64,000 nucleotides of DNA from Octopus bimaculoides. Lineage: Eukaryota. A model generated the notes under the pieces. It did not search any database, was not told where the DNA came from, and worked only from the letters and a program-made list of their open reading frames with translations. The position numbers were made by a program, and so were the translations under genes. The DNA is taken from contig NC_068989.1 of assembly GCF_001194135.2 (NCBI RefSeq), positions 81,451,874 to 81,515,873 of the forward strand, read 5' to 3'. The first letter of the stretch is position 1. Each line of letters starts with the position of its first letter. Shown in pieces: positions 51,027 through 64,000 of the stretch.

Positions 51027-51677
51027 CTGAAAGAAAGAAGAGAAAAGAAAAGGAAGGTTATATAGGTTATTTAGTCATTCCTTCTGAATTCCAGCATGGG
51101 CAAAGAACAAAACATTTGGAGAGTAGACTGAATCCTGTTGATAAGGTTATGATATATTGATGACACAAGGCCCCCAACAACAATATCTATGATATTGGTT
51201 TCAAATTTTGGCACAAGGCCAGCAATTTTGGAGATGGGGTAAGTTGATTACATCGACCCAAGTGTTCAACTGTTATTTTTTTTCTATTGGGAGGAGGAGG
51301 AGGTGGAAGAGTGCGGGTGGAGGTTATCCCAGCACTTTTTCTATCTGTTCATGAAGTATGAAAGGCAAAGTCAACTCTGAGTGTACACAGGAGCAACTGA
51401 ATACCCAACAACATTTTTATCTGACATTCTTCCAAATCTGTCAATAGCAATAATTTCTTGCATGGACAGTGTTATTATAGTTAATATTGTAGTTAATATT
51501 ATAGGTTATATTTAACAATGAAAGCATTTGCTACAGTCTGGGCACAGGTAACCTATTGACCCAGAAAGAAAGAAGAAAGTAAAAAAACCAAGACAAGAAT
51601 AATGTTTATATCATTATCTCCAATAATATATAGAGAGATGAAGAGTGGAGGTGTTAAAAAGCCAAACTAGAACTTAC

Positions 51678-51870
51678 TCATCAAATCTTTCACTCCATCA
51701 CAGTTTAAATACATGGTACTTTTCACTTCGTTAGGATTGAGATTTAAGTCAACGTTTTTCTTAATAAATAAAACATAATCAATTTCATGTTCTCCCCATT
51801 TACCATCAAGGGGAACATTTCCAGCTTTGTAGTGCATTCTAGTGATGTAATGAATGTCTTCAAGTGGTAC
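51678..51870 (-). CDS. IDI1: IDI1 exon carrying the catalytic Glu motif (missed by the ORF track)
   Basis: tttccatAG|...|GTAAGT boundaries. Encodes VPLEDIHYITRMHYKAGNVPLDGKWGEHEIDYVLFIKKNVDLNLNPNEVKSTMYLNCDGVKDLM. 193 bp, phase 0 to phase 1. Contains WGEHEIDY. Confidence 0.95.
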
Positions 51871-52104
51871 CTATGGAAACCAAGGTGAGAGAAAAGATAG
51901 TTAATGCTAATGTTATAATAAATATTGAATTGTTAGGTAATTTCATTCATTTCTTTTTCAATGTTATTTAAATAAACAAGAAAAATATTTTTATCATAAA
52001 ATGTTATGTTTTTTTTTCTTTTTTGTAGCTCTATTCTTCCTCTGCCACTTTGCTTTAACATTTTTGAAATTTGAATAAATTTTATCCTATTTTCAGACAT
52101 ATGA

Positions 52105-52350
52105 TGATGGAGTGACAAAGAGAAAAAAAATTAGCATTTTCGATAACTGTTTCTCTCTGCTTTCAAGCAAGCTGTCAAAGCTTCTTGAGACATTTGTGCT
52201 GTGTACAGAGAAGGCACTATTACTGAAACAACTGTACAGAAATGGTTTTCATGCTTCAAAGAATGGAAATTCAACCTCAGAGACTCTCTGCATTCCAGCA
52301 AATTTGTTCAATTCAACAGGATTGATTGAACAAGCTCATCCATGCAAATC
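52105..52350 (+). mobile_element. Mariner N-terminal HTH fragment in an IDI1 intron
   Basis: QAVKAS*DICAVYREGTITETTVQKWFSCFK..KFNLRDSLHS.. matches the Mos1-type HTH. Confidence 0.7.
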
Positions 52351-52573
52351 ATCATCATTCTATTGTCTACTTTCCATGTTAATGTTGCTGATTTTCTGTA
52401 TAACATAATGCTTCTTACCCCAGTAATTTTGTCATCCCATCTTTGAGGTCCAGTATCCTATGATCTGACTTCAGTACTTCCCACATCTTCAATCACGGAT
52501 CCCCTTCTCTCATAGTACACTGCAGTGTTTCATCCCTGATCCATTCCCTTCCCTTGTCCACTAGCTCCTGTCA

Positions 52574-52900
<327 letters not shown>

Positions 52901-54213
52901 TTAGTATTGGCAGATTATTTCTTTACTTAATACTGAAAGTATTAATCGGATTAAGTCTGCAGAAGTTAAATAAAAGGTGCTAGTGCCACTCTGGCTTACT
53001 TCTGCACTTCTACAAATGTATTCTTTAAAAAAAATCTTGTGAACAGATGATCTTGTTAGAGAGGCAGTATTGTATGAATGAATGTGGATCTGTATCAAGC
53101 TCTTTTCTGTGTCTGCCACCCTTCCTTGGAAAGGTGTGAGCAGTGCAAGAACATAGTCTGTGACATAAGAATCAGCATAAAAAAAGAAACAACAATTCCA
53201 AGACTTCAAATTGAATATACATGTAAGCAAAAGTAAAAATAATCAATACATCAATGTATTTCAAAGTGATTCCCCTCTCCTTAATGCCTATATTTTAATC
53301 CATGACATCTCTAGATAACATCTTTCTTTTTTTTTTTTGAGAAAATTTTACCAAAATAATATATAGCTAATGGTAACATTTAACATACTGACATAATTTA
53401 TTTTTATTAATCTAATGCTTATTAATGCACATTATTTCGAATTAATGATGCATTATCTTCCAACTTTGAGATGTCTATTCTAAAAAGACATTATATGGCA
53501 GGTGTGAGAGGCTGAATTTGGCCAGTTTGAACATAGAACATATACTCCTGTCCAAGCTATTTGGTACTGACATCCATCATTCACCCTCACCATTCATACC
53601 TTGCTTACCCATCATGCTCTCACTCCAATCTTCCCTAATGCTAAAGCCATGGTAAAATACACCCAGAGCACTCTTCAGTGTGGGGTTCAGTGACAGTGAA
53701 CCCCTTTAGTCTTGTCAAAGACATAACAATCTCTCAGATTGTTGCATGAAAAATGCAACCCACTGTGTAAAATGGTTGATGTTGGGAAGGGCCTAGAGCC
53801 ATAAAAATCAAGCTAAAATGAAATTTATGATGAAGATGTTGTTCTCTGATCCATCAGTTAAGAATGCCGGAACAAACTATCCAACCCATGCAAGCACAGA
53901 AAGCAGACATAAGACAATGATGTTAATGATGATAAGTTGATAACATGAAATCTAACTAAAACTGTTCAGATGAAAATAATGTGTGTAGTATACAGGTCAT
54001 CAGTAAACTTGTTCATTAGTGATATCAGCAGTGATGTGTGTGTGTGTGTGTGTGTGTGCGTGTGTGTGCGTGCGTGCGTGCGTAATGTTTGATAATCACA
54101 TGAATAAGAAATAAGTGGAAAATATGAGAGGTCCCTCACATAGTAACTGTCTACCCACTTAAAACAGTGCTGGGGAGAATTGATCATTGTAGAATGTATG
54201 TGCATGTGAGCTT

Positions 54214-54259
<46 letters not shown>

Positions 54260-55390
54260 CAACTCTCTAGAAATGTAAGGAAGTTCATTGAGACTGTTGA
54301 TGCCTTTCACTTGCAATGTTTTCTTCATGTTCTGAAAGAAAAGACAAACTGTTGTTCTTCATGATTAGCCCAAGGTCAAATCCAATCCTGCAGACGTATG
54401 ATTAAAATTGCTCCAGCTATAAACAACCCCACTTTTCCCAAGCTATTTATAACTACATTATCCAACATGTCTTTATTTTCTTAAAGACAGTATGATGTGG
54501 CCTAAGGAGAGATTTGACTGGTTTTTCTAGCACATCAAGCAACCACATAGAAGTTCCTTCATTCGGCTCAAGAGAAAAACATTATTTTACTCTGCGACAC
54601 CTAATACCCTCTGTAGGAAAGTCTTCTGGTAGTAGTGGTGGTGGTGGGCACTTAAAACTGTATTTGATAAGAACAGAACAAATTAAAGACCTAGTTTTCA
54701 GTACTGTATCATCACCTCTATTGCTGCCGCTGCTACTACTACTACTAACAACAACAACAACAACATTAATAATAATGGTTTCATATTTTGGCACAAGGCC
54801 AGCAATTTTGAAAGGAGCGAGTAGATGGCTATGTAGACCCCATTATTTAATTAGTATTTAATTCTATGTATCCCCAAAAATGAGTGGCAAAGTTAACTGC
54901 AGCAGGATTTGAATTCAGAATGTAAAGAGCTGAAATAAATACCACAAGGCATTTTATTTGGTGCCCAAACAAATCTGTCAATAATAATATTAATCTTTTT
55001 TACTAAAGGCACAATTTGGGGGAAGGAGGTGAGTCAACTGGTACTAATTTCATCGACTCCAAAAGGATGAGAGGCAAAGTTGACCTGAGCGGAATTTGAA
55101 CTTACAGCATAAAGACAGATGAAACACTGCAAAGCATTTTGTCCGGCATGTTGATAACTCTGCCAGCTCATCACCTTTCTGTAAATAATAATATTATTAA
55201 TAATAATAATAATAATACAGAATGAAGTCATCCCCAAAATCAAGAGTACAACAGCAATAACTAACAAAGCAATGACAGTAATATAAATGTACAATCTTTT
55301 ATATTGATCCAAAATTATGATTGATCATTGAAGTAGTTTGACCAGCTTCGGTGCTGATTTTCAGGAAAGTCTCTTGCTCCACTACACAAC

Positions 55391-55410
55391 TGGTTGCTAT
55401 AGCAACCAAT
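55391..55410. promoter_or_regulatory. Perfect palindromic RFX X-box with an overlapping CCAAT
   Basis: TGGTTGCTATAGCAACCA (55391-55408) is an 18-bp perfect palindrome containing GTTGCTATAGCAAC. CCAAT at 55406-55410. Function not shown. Confidence 0.45.
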
Positions 55411-57738
55411 AAGAAGTGGAAACCAACAGCAAACTGGTCATGGTCTGTTAATCTTTTTTGTGACCTTGATAATGGTTAATTTATTATTTACTTCAACCTA
55501 CATCGAAACAGACGTTGAGACCAGCTTCAGAACTCACAGTGCACAAGTCTAATATATTCTTGAGGGTTTGTTACACACTAATAGAAATAGCCACAGGTGA
55601 CCAAGTTAATTAGATGTTGCTCTACCAGTAACTAACAATTTTTCATCATTGCTGTACTCGGTCCTGATCAACACACTTTTTAATGACTCAATTCATTTAA
55701 TTGCATAACCACTAAGTTGTTGTCACCGTACACATATGAAACTGTATCGTCAAGACTATATATATATATATACACATACATACATACATACATCATCATC
55801 ATCATCCAGTGTTTTAAATCTGGGTTTTGTACCCATTAATGGGGGTGACCGGATCTACCTCAATGCCATAGCAACCGAGGTAGGCAGGTGCAGCCCACCC
55901 CAAACTTTGGATTGGCTGGTGCCCATTCTCCTTTGCTATCATGAGGCTTTTTGGAACTGGATGGGGAGCATGCCCTTGCTTAGCCCCAACATCAGTTTCT
56001 AGACATGAGTGGTCCCAAGACCAAGGCCTCTACCACGACTTTTAAGAAATGTGGTGGAAAACTAGCTCAGGAAGGTAGGGACACTACTCCCTGAGACCCC
56101 TTTCGGAGTCCCCCCAACATACATATACATATTATATCTTTCATCTTTTACATTAGACTGTGGCCATGCTGGGACACCACCATGAAGAATTTTAGCTGAA
56201 CAAATCAACACCAGTATTTATTTTTTATTAAGCTGGGTACTTTTTCCATTGGTGTCTTTTGCCAAACTGCTAAGTTATGGAAATGTAAACACACCAACAC
56301 CAGTTATCAAGCAGTGGTGGGGACAAACACACACCGCACACATATACAATGGGCTTCTTTCAGTTTCCATCTACCAAATTCACTCACAAAACTTTGGTGG
56401 CATTTCATCCATCTTTATGTTCTGAGTTCAAATTCCACCAAGACCGACTTTGCTTTTCTTCCTTTCGGGGTTGATAAAATAAGTACCAGTTGAACACTGA
56501 GATCAATGTAATTGACTTACTTTCTCCCTACAAAATCCTGGCCTTGTGCCAAAATTTGGAACCAATATTTATAGGTCAAAAACAAATACCTGTTTGGTAG
56601 CAGCCAAGCTGGGGCACCACCTTGAAGAATTTTAGTCGAATGAATCAACCCCAGTACTAATTTCTTTTTAAAGCATAATTATTCTATCAGTCTCTTTTGC
56701 TGAACCCCTTACTTACAGAGATGTAAACACACTAACACTGGTTGTCACACATGGTAGGGGACAAAACTTTATTGCTACAAAAAAAACAAACAAAAAAAAC
56801 AAAAAAAACGCTGCTATTATGTTAAACTGTCGTATCTCCAAACTTGGCCAAATGCGTTTTTTTTCAATATTTAATTCTGCTTGCAATAGCCGGTTCTTTT
56901 GGTCAAAATATCGTATCTCCAGCTGCTTCAGGTGAAAATTGTCAAAGTGTAGTACAACGGTTAAAAGCACTTTTCAAAAGTGTAGTGAGTCTCACATATG
57001 ACAGTTTTGCACAAAATATTTATGACTGAAAGTATCATGGAGTTATGATTTTATGCACCCAACAAAGTATTATTGTTAAGCTGGAACTGTTGCTAATGTA
57101 AAAAGAAATGGAATGGTGAAACTATTTTTCCATTTTCTGAAAAAGCAACGTTTTGGACTTACACTTTTGCATAATAGCAATGATATATATAACTGAATTG
57201 TTGTGATTGCATGGTTATCAGGACATCTGTGATTATGACTGTGTTGTAGATATAAAATGACTATTGAGGAAATAAAATAAAACCAGGACAAGAAACAACT
57301 GTCACTTGAAGATTCTAATACAAACATGGTGTGAGCTGATGTTCAGCAATGGGAGGACAGTGGGAAAAGCTTTAAACACACAGCTGAGCTGTACTCGTAA
57401 GTTCGGGATTTACTACAGCTATTTCAAACAGTGGAATATGCTTTTATTCTGTGAGGAAAAAGAGAAATTTGACAATTCAGTCAAGACCCTCGGAGAGAAA
57501 GGAAATATTTTCACCAGGTATTTTTTATTTTTTTTATTACTTGTTTCACTAATTTGACTATGGTCGTACTGGGACACCATCTTGAAGGGTTTAAGTCAAA
57601 CAAATCGACTTGTTTGTTTTTGTTTTTTTTTTAATTTGGTACTTATTCTATAGGTTTCTTTTGCTGATCGTTAAGTTACAGGGATGTAAACAAGCCAACA
57701 CCGGTTGTCAACCAGTAGTAAGAAACACAGATACGAAG

Positions 57739-57771
<33 letters not shown>

Positions 57772-59407
57772 TGATGGGCTGCTTTCAGTTTCTGCCTACC
57801 AAATTCACTCACAAAGTTTTGGTTGGCCTAGGACTATAGTAGAAGACACTTGTCCAAGATGCCAAGTAGGTGAACCTTATTTTCATTATTTGAGAAATGG
57901 GTGCATCTGAAATTTTGGACTTCTCTCCTTTCTCACATCGTAAAACACAGTCCACTATTTGTATTCTTTACTAATGTATAACATGGTTATTTTCTACTGG
58001 TCGACTACAGCTAGAGTGCTGTAGATCAAGGGACATAACTCTGTTCCTCTCAGACAAAAAGTACAATTCTCCACATCACAACTAAGTTGGTCAAGTGACT
58101 ACATACAGCAGAGGTTCACAATTATTTTTTGCCTTCGGACCCCTTTGATTTCTATTTTACTCAACTGAACCTCCAAAACCATTCGATGTATATAAAAAAA
58201 AATCCTGCTGTATTTTCATAATTATTATTAGGAATTGAATAATAAAAACTTTAAATATTTTTCTATTACAAAAGTATAACTAATTTATAGCCTATAAATT
58301 TTAACAAAATCTTATAAGGATCTCCAAGGGCTATATGGACCCCAGTTGTGAACCACTGGTGCAGATGCTTCTCCAAGGGCTTATGCTGAGTTGTTTGCAA
58401 TGGAAAAGACAAACAACTTGCACAAACGAAATGACATATCCACACAAACATCATCAAAATATAGCACATATGTAGAAATGTTTAAACAATTCTATGATAG
58501 TGATAATGATTTCTGTGACAATCATGTGCTCTTTGATCTCTTAGTTCATAGCCACAAATTGGTATCTTCACATTATCAATTCTATCTTTGCATTGTTACT
58601 ATGCCTAGAAATTAGTTTGTAAAACAAGTCTACTGAGTAACCTAGAACCCTGCTCTGTCTATTAGATTACAACAATTACTATGTAGGCAGTGTGTTTTAT
58701 CTGAGGATATATTTACTGAACTAATTTTATTTCATGTGGATCCCAGTGCCATTTCTGATATATGCCCACCACAAAGAATCCAAGTTTGTAATACTAGAAT
58801 GAAGTCTGAGTTAGAAGACCATAGAGTGGATATTCCAGCTAAGATCAATTCAATGATTGAAGTAGAAAAACTGACACATGATGAATGTGTGTTGACCCTC
58901 AAGACTAGTGAATATACCTTGATCCTAGTAGTAATTCAACTTTCCCATTCCAGTTTAAACCCATCAATGATACATTTCTTTATTAAACTTAATGCATACT
59001 TAATCTACCAGAGTTACAGCAGGTAAAGCTGACAATAAATCTAACATCTATCACAATTGATCAACTTATTCTCCTAGATCTCTAAGCATAGGTACTGTAA
59101 TCAGAATTCAATTTAATGAAAGTAAATGAATCTCTATTTTGAAGATGAGAAACTCCCAGCATTTGAGGGTAATATAAAATATGAAGTGAGCTAGATAATA
59201 TAAATATGAAAAAATGCCTAATGTCTTTAAATCAGATAACAACCACTTTTACAATGACAAAAATCCTTAATTGATTGATGTACAACAGGATATTTAATAT
59301 ATAAATAAAAGGGGCTTTTAACACCATGGGCAAGGACCATAATGGAAATGGTTGGATGGCAATTTGGTTAGAGATGGAAGCAATGCCTGCAAAAGAAAAA
59401 GAAACTA

Positions 59408-59599
<192 letters not shown>

Positions 59600-60734
59600 T
59601 TATACTGGTTTAATTTAGATGGTTTTATGAAATTTCCTGTCTCTCTTTCTTCTATTAATTTCAAAGGATTATCTTCAGACAGATGTCCAAATATTAGCCA
59701 GTTTGTTATAAGCTGACCATGCCACTACTTTTCTAGTGAAGATATCCTTTCCTGAACTCATAAGTAAAAGTCATCCAGTTTCTCTAATACAATGCTCATA
59801 CTGTTCATACATAAAACTAATACAGGTTTTGTATAGGAACTTGTATTACTTGCCAACAATGCTTCATAGTGTAAATAGTAGTAATTATAATAGAAGTTTT
59901 CTCTTATAATCTATATTATAATTCTGACTGTTCCAACACAGGGTAGATTATGAATGGGAAGAGAAGTAAACTAATAAATAACAACAAAATAGAATGGTTT
60001 GATCCTCATTCCAAACTTATAAAAGGTCTTTGTGGGTCTAATAGCATAACCAGACCAAATATATATCAATTTAATTGTATATGTACTCATCTTTGTTACA
60101 GTTATTAATCTTATATGAAGCTAGCCAACACAATTAACCCTTTAGCATTCAAATATAAATTATATCATAATTCTTATTTACTGACATTGTTTTGAATTAA
60201 TCAGGCATTTTCTTGTACCTTCAAAATTTTGATGATGTGGTTATATATTTTTAGAATGACATTGTAAGGTAAGTGTGAAAGACTCAATCTGGGTGGTTTG
60301 AACATAAAACATGTAGAATATTTTGGCCAGATTTGGCTGGTTTAAATGCTAAAGGATTCAAGCAAAAGATACAGCTTATATATATTAAGGACTATATACT
60401 CATATTAAACTCAAATTTACTGGTATTTATATTTGCCAAATACTACAACCTTATATTTACTAATAAGTTTATCCCTTCTTTCTTCATAGTCAAAATAATG
60501 GCTATTTTATCATGTGATACACATGACATTTATTTCAACAAACTTCTTAACACTTTTTGCCAACCCCACCACTCATAATGCTTTTTCTGATATACAATAA
60601 TCATGCGAGAACATAGAAAGCCAAGCCTGTTTGAGTTTCCGATTTATCATCAATAAAGTTAACATTATTTATTTATATGATCTTAATAACAAAGAAACAT
60701 GATGAACCATCTACCCTTCAACTGCAGAATTTAC

Positions 60735-60898
60735 CTTTGTTAATATTTGCCATAAGATGGCACTCCTGTTTTGTGGCTTTATCCAGAACTCGGTCCATCT
60801 CGTCCACAAGAATGCACTCCTCTGACATAAGTTTGGCCTGGGTTGGGTCTAAATTAACCAACACTTCAGATGCTGAATGCATTCTGGAAGCAGGGACT
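60735..60898 (-). CDS. IDI1: IDI1 exon (first visible coding exon; first ATG at 60882)
   Basis: ttttcAG|...|GTAAAT boundaries. Encodes VPASRMHSASEVLVNLDPTQAKLMSEECILVDEMDRVLDKATKQECHLMANINK(G), matching the human IDI1 N-terminus ([20 protein letters not shown]...KKNCHLNENIEKG). 164 bp, phase 2 to phase 1. Confidence 0.92.
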
Positions 60899-61512
60899 CT
60901 GAAAATAGAAATATTATTATTATTATTATTATTATTATCATTACTATTATTATTGAGTGAGAGAGTAGCACATGCTATCAAAGTGACACAGGGGTACAAA
61001 TATACAAAGCTCAATATACCTGTCATGACTACCAGTCTGATAAGGACACACCAGGCACATGCATCACAACCATATGGGCACAACATTGGTGACTTCATAT
61101 CAAAATAAAAGCACATAACCATGCAAATGGGACCCAATTGACTAGGACATATTTCATTGACCCCTGTATGATTTGTACAGGGACATAACAAAATATGGTA
61201 GGAATTTGTCAACCATCAACCATAAATTTTAAACCATAAATTCTAACAATAATTTTAAACCATAAATTCTAACAATTTTCAAATTGGAGCATGAGTTAAG
61301 TCCCCTTCTAGCGACGGTGTAGAGAGAGAGAGAGAGATAACAGATTTTTTCAGTCAATTATATCAACCCCAGTACGCAACTGGTACTTAATTTATTGACC
61401 CCGAAAAGATGAAAGGCAAAGTCGACCTCAGTGGAATTTGAACTCAGAATGTAAAAACGGACGAAATACCGCAAAGCATTTTGCCTGGCGTGCTAACGTT
61501 TCTGCCAGCTCA

Positions 61513-61648
61513 AAAATACCTTAGGAATGAGAACCCAGGTTTGAAATTTCCCCAAGACACCTGATGAAGGCTGGAGGGTGTATCAGCTGAAACGTTGCGT
61601 TAACAACAAACAAGATGAGGACAAATATCCGTCAAATGTAAATAATGT
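61513..61648 (+). mobile_element. Penelope-type terminal repeat fragment with a hammerhead-like motif
   Basis: AAAATACCTTAGGAATGAGAACCCAGG...GACACCTGATGAAGGCTGGAGGGTGTATCAGCTGAAACGTTGCGTT...GTCAAATGTAAATAATGT. Confidence 0.6.
61556..61601 (+). ncRNA. Minimal type I hammerhead-ribozyme-like motif
   Basis: GACAC-CUGAUGA-A-GGCUG(loop)CAGCU-GAAAC-GUU-GCGUU. Helix I is GACAC/GCGUU (one mismatch), stem II is GGCUG/CAGCU, helix III is the palindromic ACGU, and the triplet is GUU. Confidence 0.5.
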
Positions 61649-62052
61649 TAGGCAGGATTGTATATTAAAACACACAATCGGTGAATCACAGGAAAGCTGA
61701 GAAAAGCTGGACATTGTAGGTGAAATGGTGGAGATTAAAGACATGAAATGAAGTGTACACGTGTTGGTGAGTGTACTGATAGAGTAGACATGTGATGAGA
61801 ATGAGACGTGGGAAAATGAGAGATGGTTAAAGATAAGGAGTGAATGAGTGGGTGAATATAATGAAGAACAAATGTTGAGGGATGATAAGTAAGGGGAATC
61901 AGGGAAGTGGGAAGAGTGGGTGACAACTGTAAAAATTGGGTAGGGTTGAGGTTTAGGCTGACGGATGACTAATGACACATGAGTTAGTGGGGTGATAAGG
62001 CGGGGAAGATAAATGACTGCAGAAAGCAGATGAGATATTGAAGGACAGCTAT

Positions 62053-62215
<163 letters not shown>

Positions 62216-62393
62216 ATAATATCATTAGCAGTATATTACTGCATTGGGTAAAACACAGTAATATACTGCTGATATCTAGAGAATGGCTAAGATAGACCTC
62301 AGGTTACTAGATCATGATCAAAGATTGAAGTGATTGATGATTTGCCAGACCTATGTAACTTATGGCAATAGTGTTTCCTGGACAGAATATTAA

Positions 62394-62622
62394 CCCTTTC
62401 GAAACCAACTCAGCTGAAATCACCTCTGGCTTTGTAGGCAGGATTGTATACGTCTTGTTTTCCTAAGTTTTGAATTAAAATCTTCCACCAAACCTTAGTC
62501 ACAATTTATGTTTCTAACACTAGCTAAATGATAACTAAATTATTTTACTAAATTATTTGTTATATTTAAAATTAACTGAAAGAAACACAGAGCATCTCAA
62601 AATAAATACAGTAAAGAAAGGG
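62394..62622. mobile_element. Second TTAA-flanked MITE family
   Basis: TTAA|CCCTTTC...GAAAGGG|TTAA. Confidence 0.75.
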
Positions 62623-62749
62623 TTAAATTTTTCATTACGTCATTTGATTTATCTGTCATGAATAAGTGGCTCCAGGAAACTTACATGTGATAAATCAGTG
62701 TGATATCCAAGATAACTGTTTTCCTTTATCTGTTTTTAATATGAACTCA

Positions 62750-63180
62750 AGTTAAGGTGGTGAGCTAGCAGAATCATTAGCACCCTGGGTAAAATGCTTG
62801 GTGGCATTTCATCTGTCTCTACGTTCTGAGTTCAAATGCCACCGGGGCCAACTTTGCTTTTCATCCTTTCAGGGTTGATAAAATAAATACCAGTTGAGCA
62901 CAGGGGTCAATATAATGCCCCAAAATTGCTGGCCTTGTGCCAAAATTTGAAATCGTTTTTATAAACTACACAAGGTGGCAAGCTGGCAGAATCGTTAGCA
63001 TACCAGTATTTCATCCACCTTTATGCTCTGAGTTCAAATTCCACCGAGGTCGACTTTGCCTTTCATCCTTTTGGGATCAATAAAATAAGTACCTGTTGAG
63101 CACACACTGGGGATGGGGGTTCGATGTAATTGATTTACCTCTCCACCCAGAATTGCTGGCTTTGTGCTAAAATTTGAAAC
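62750..63180 (+). mobile_element. Two tandem SINE family C copies
   Basis: Heads at about 62755 and about 62975, both with the CTTTCATCCTTT...GATAAAATAA domain. Confidence 0.8.
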
Positions 63181-63249
63181 CATAATTATCAGCAATGTAT
63201 ACATGTATACATTGTTCATATTATAAATCATAAATATTTATATTTCTTC

Positions 63250-63610
63250 ATCATCATCATCATCATCATCGTCGTCGTTTAACGTCCGCTTTCCATGCTA
63301 GCATGGGTTGGACGATTTGACTGAGGGCTGGTGAAACCAGATGGCTACACCAGGCTCCAATCTGATTTGGCAGAGTTTCTACAGCTGGATGCCCTTCCTA
63401 ACGCCAACCACTCCAAGAGTGTAGTGGGTGCTTTTACGTGCCACCGGCACGAAGGCCAGTCAGGCGGTACTGGCAACGGCCACGCTCAAAATGGTGTAAT
63501 TTATGTGCCACCCGCACAAGAGCCAGTCCAGGGCCACTGGCAACGATCTCGCTCGAAAGTCCTTACACATGCCACGAGCACAAGTGCCAGAAAGGCGACG
63601 CTGGGCACAT
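63250..63610 (-). mobile_element. SINE family B copy
   Basis: Near-identical to 37990-38335. Confidence 0.85.
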
Positions 63611-64000
63611 ATTTTTATAAACAATAAGTACCTTATGGAAATTATTTTAATTTTCTAATTACATAGCTTTTGTTTCTTAAATATTTTACTCTATGACAGT
63701 ATGCAGAATTGCCATGAAATTTGCCAAACCGCCAGAAAAATCTCATCAAACTGAGATGGGGGGATAGCAGCAGCAGCAGTAGTGATGGTGGTAGTATGGG
63801 GAGATGCAGTAGCTTTTGGTTTATTCTCAAGCTCTATTACAGGTCAAAGGTAGTAATCTAGACATATTCTGTTTTCCATGGCTGTCAACATTGATAGAGG
63901 TGAGAGACTGTTGAAAAGTGATATCAGTTAAATGGGGACCATTAGATAGTTCTGTGAGTGGTAACAGATTGTAGTTACACTGTCACCTGCAAACTCTAAG

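Noticed and set aside
55225-55324. Hydrophobic minus-strand frame LDQYKRLYIYITVIALLVIAVVLLILG next to the X-box palindrome
   Set aside because: No in-frame ATG (TGA just upstream), no acceptor, and it runs into an (ATT)n tract and a SINE.
57306-57557. Plus-strand ORF with a possible donor at about 57518, and ORF 58736-59026, as further exons of a nested gene
   Set aside because: No usable in-phase acceptors and no recognisable homology.
63975-64000. Minus-strand GCAG|GTGACA as the donor of an upstream IDI1 exon
   Set aside because: Only about 14 nt of putative exon lies in the window, so it cannot be supported.

Overview
AT-rich, repeat-dense animal genomic DNA from a draft assembly (7 N-gaps). 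The SINE and MITE families look like those of Octopus (cephalopod); this is from recognition, not a database search. Protein-coding content: (1) the last two exons of a + strand gene whose C-terminus resembles a laminin-G domain (4271-4429, 5336-5452); (2) a complete, intronless kinesin-II motor KIF3A CDS on the - strand (28580-30685), with a candidate non-coding first exon and promoter about 14.6 kb upstream (45565-45840); (3) five exons of isopentenyl-diphosphate delta-isomerase (IDI1) on the - strand (50884-60898), which splice in frame to about 235 aa with catalytic motifs intact. The rest is three SINE families, TTAA-flanked and hAT-type MITEs, decayed mariner/Tc1, Merlin, RTE, Tx1, RLE-type LINE and Penelope-like fragments, and microsatellites. 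Most ORF-track entries are microsatellite, gap or SINE artefacts. Best leads: a 23-bp tandem array upstream of the KIF3A start that forms chained stop-start uORFs (13 upstream ATGs); the intronless, retrogene-like KIF3A; two minimal hammerhead-ribozyme-like motifs in unrelated Penelope-type repeats; an 18-bp perfect RFX X-box palindrome inside an IDI1 intron; and a possible antisense exon ending 7 bp from the stop of the LamG-like gene.
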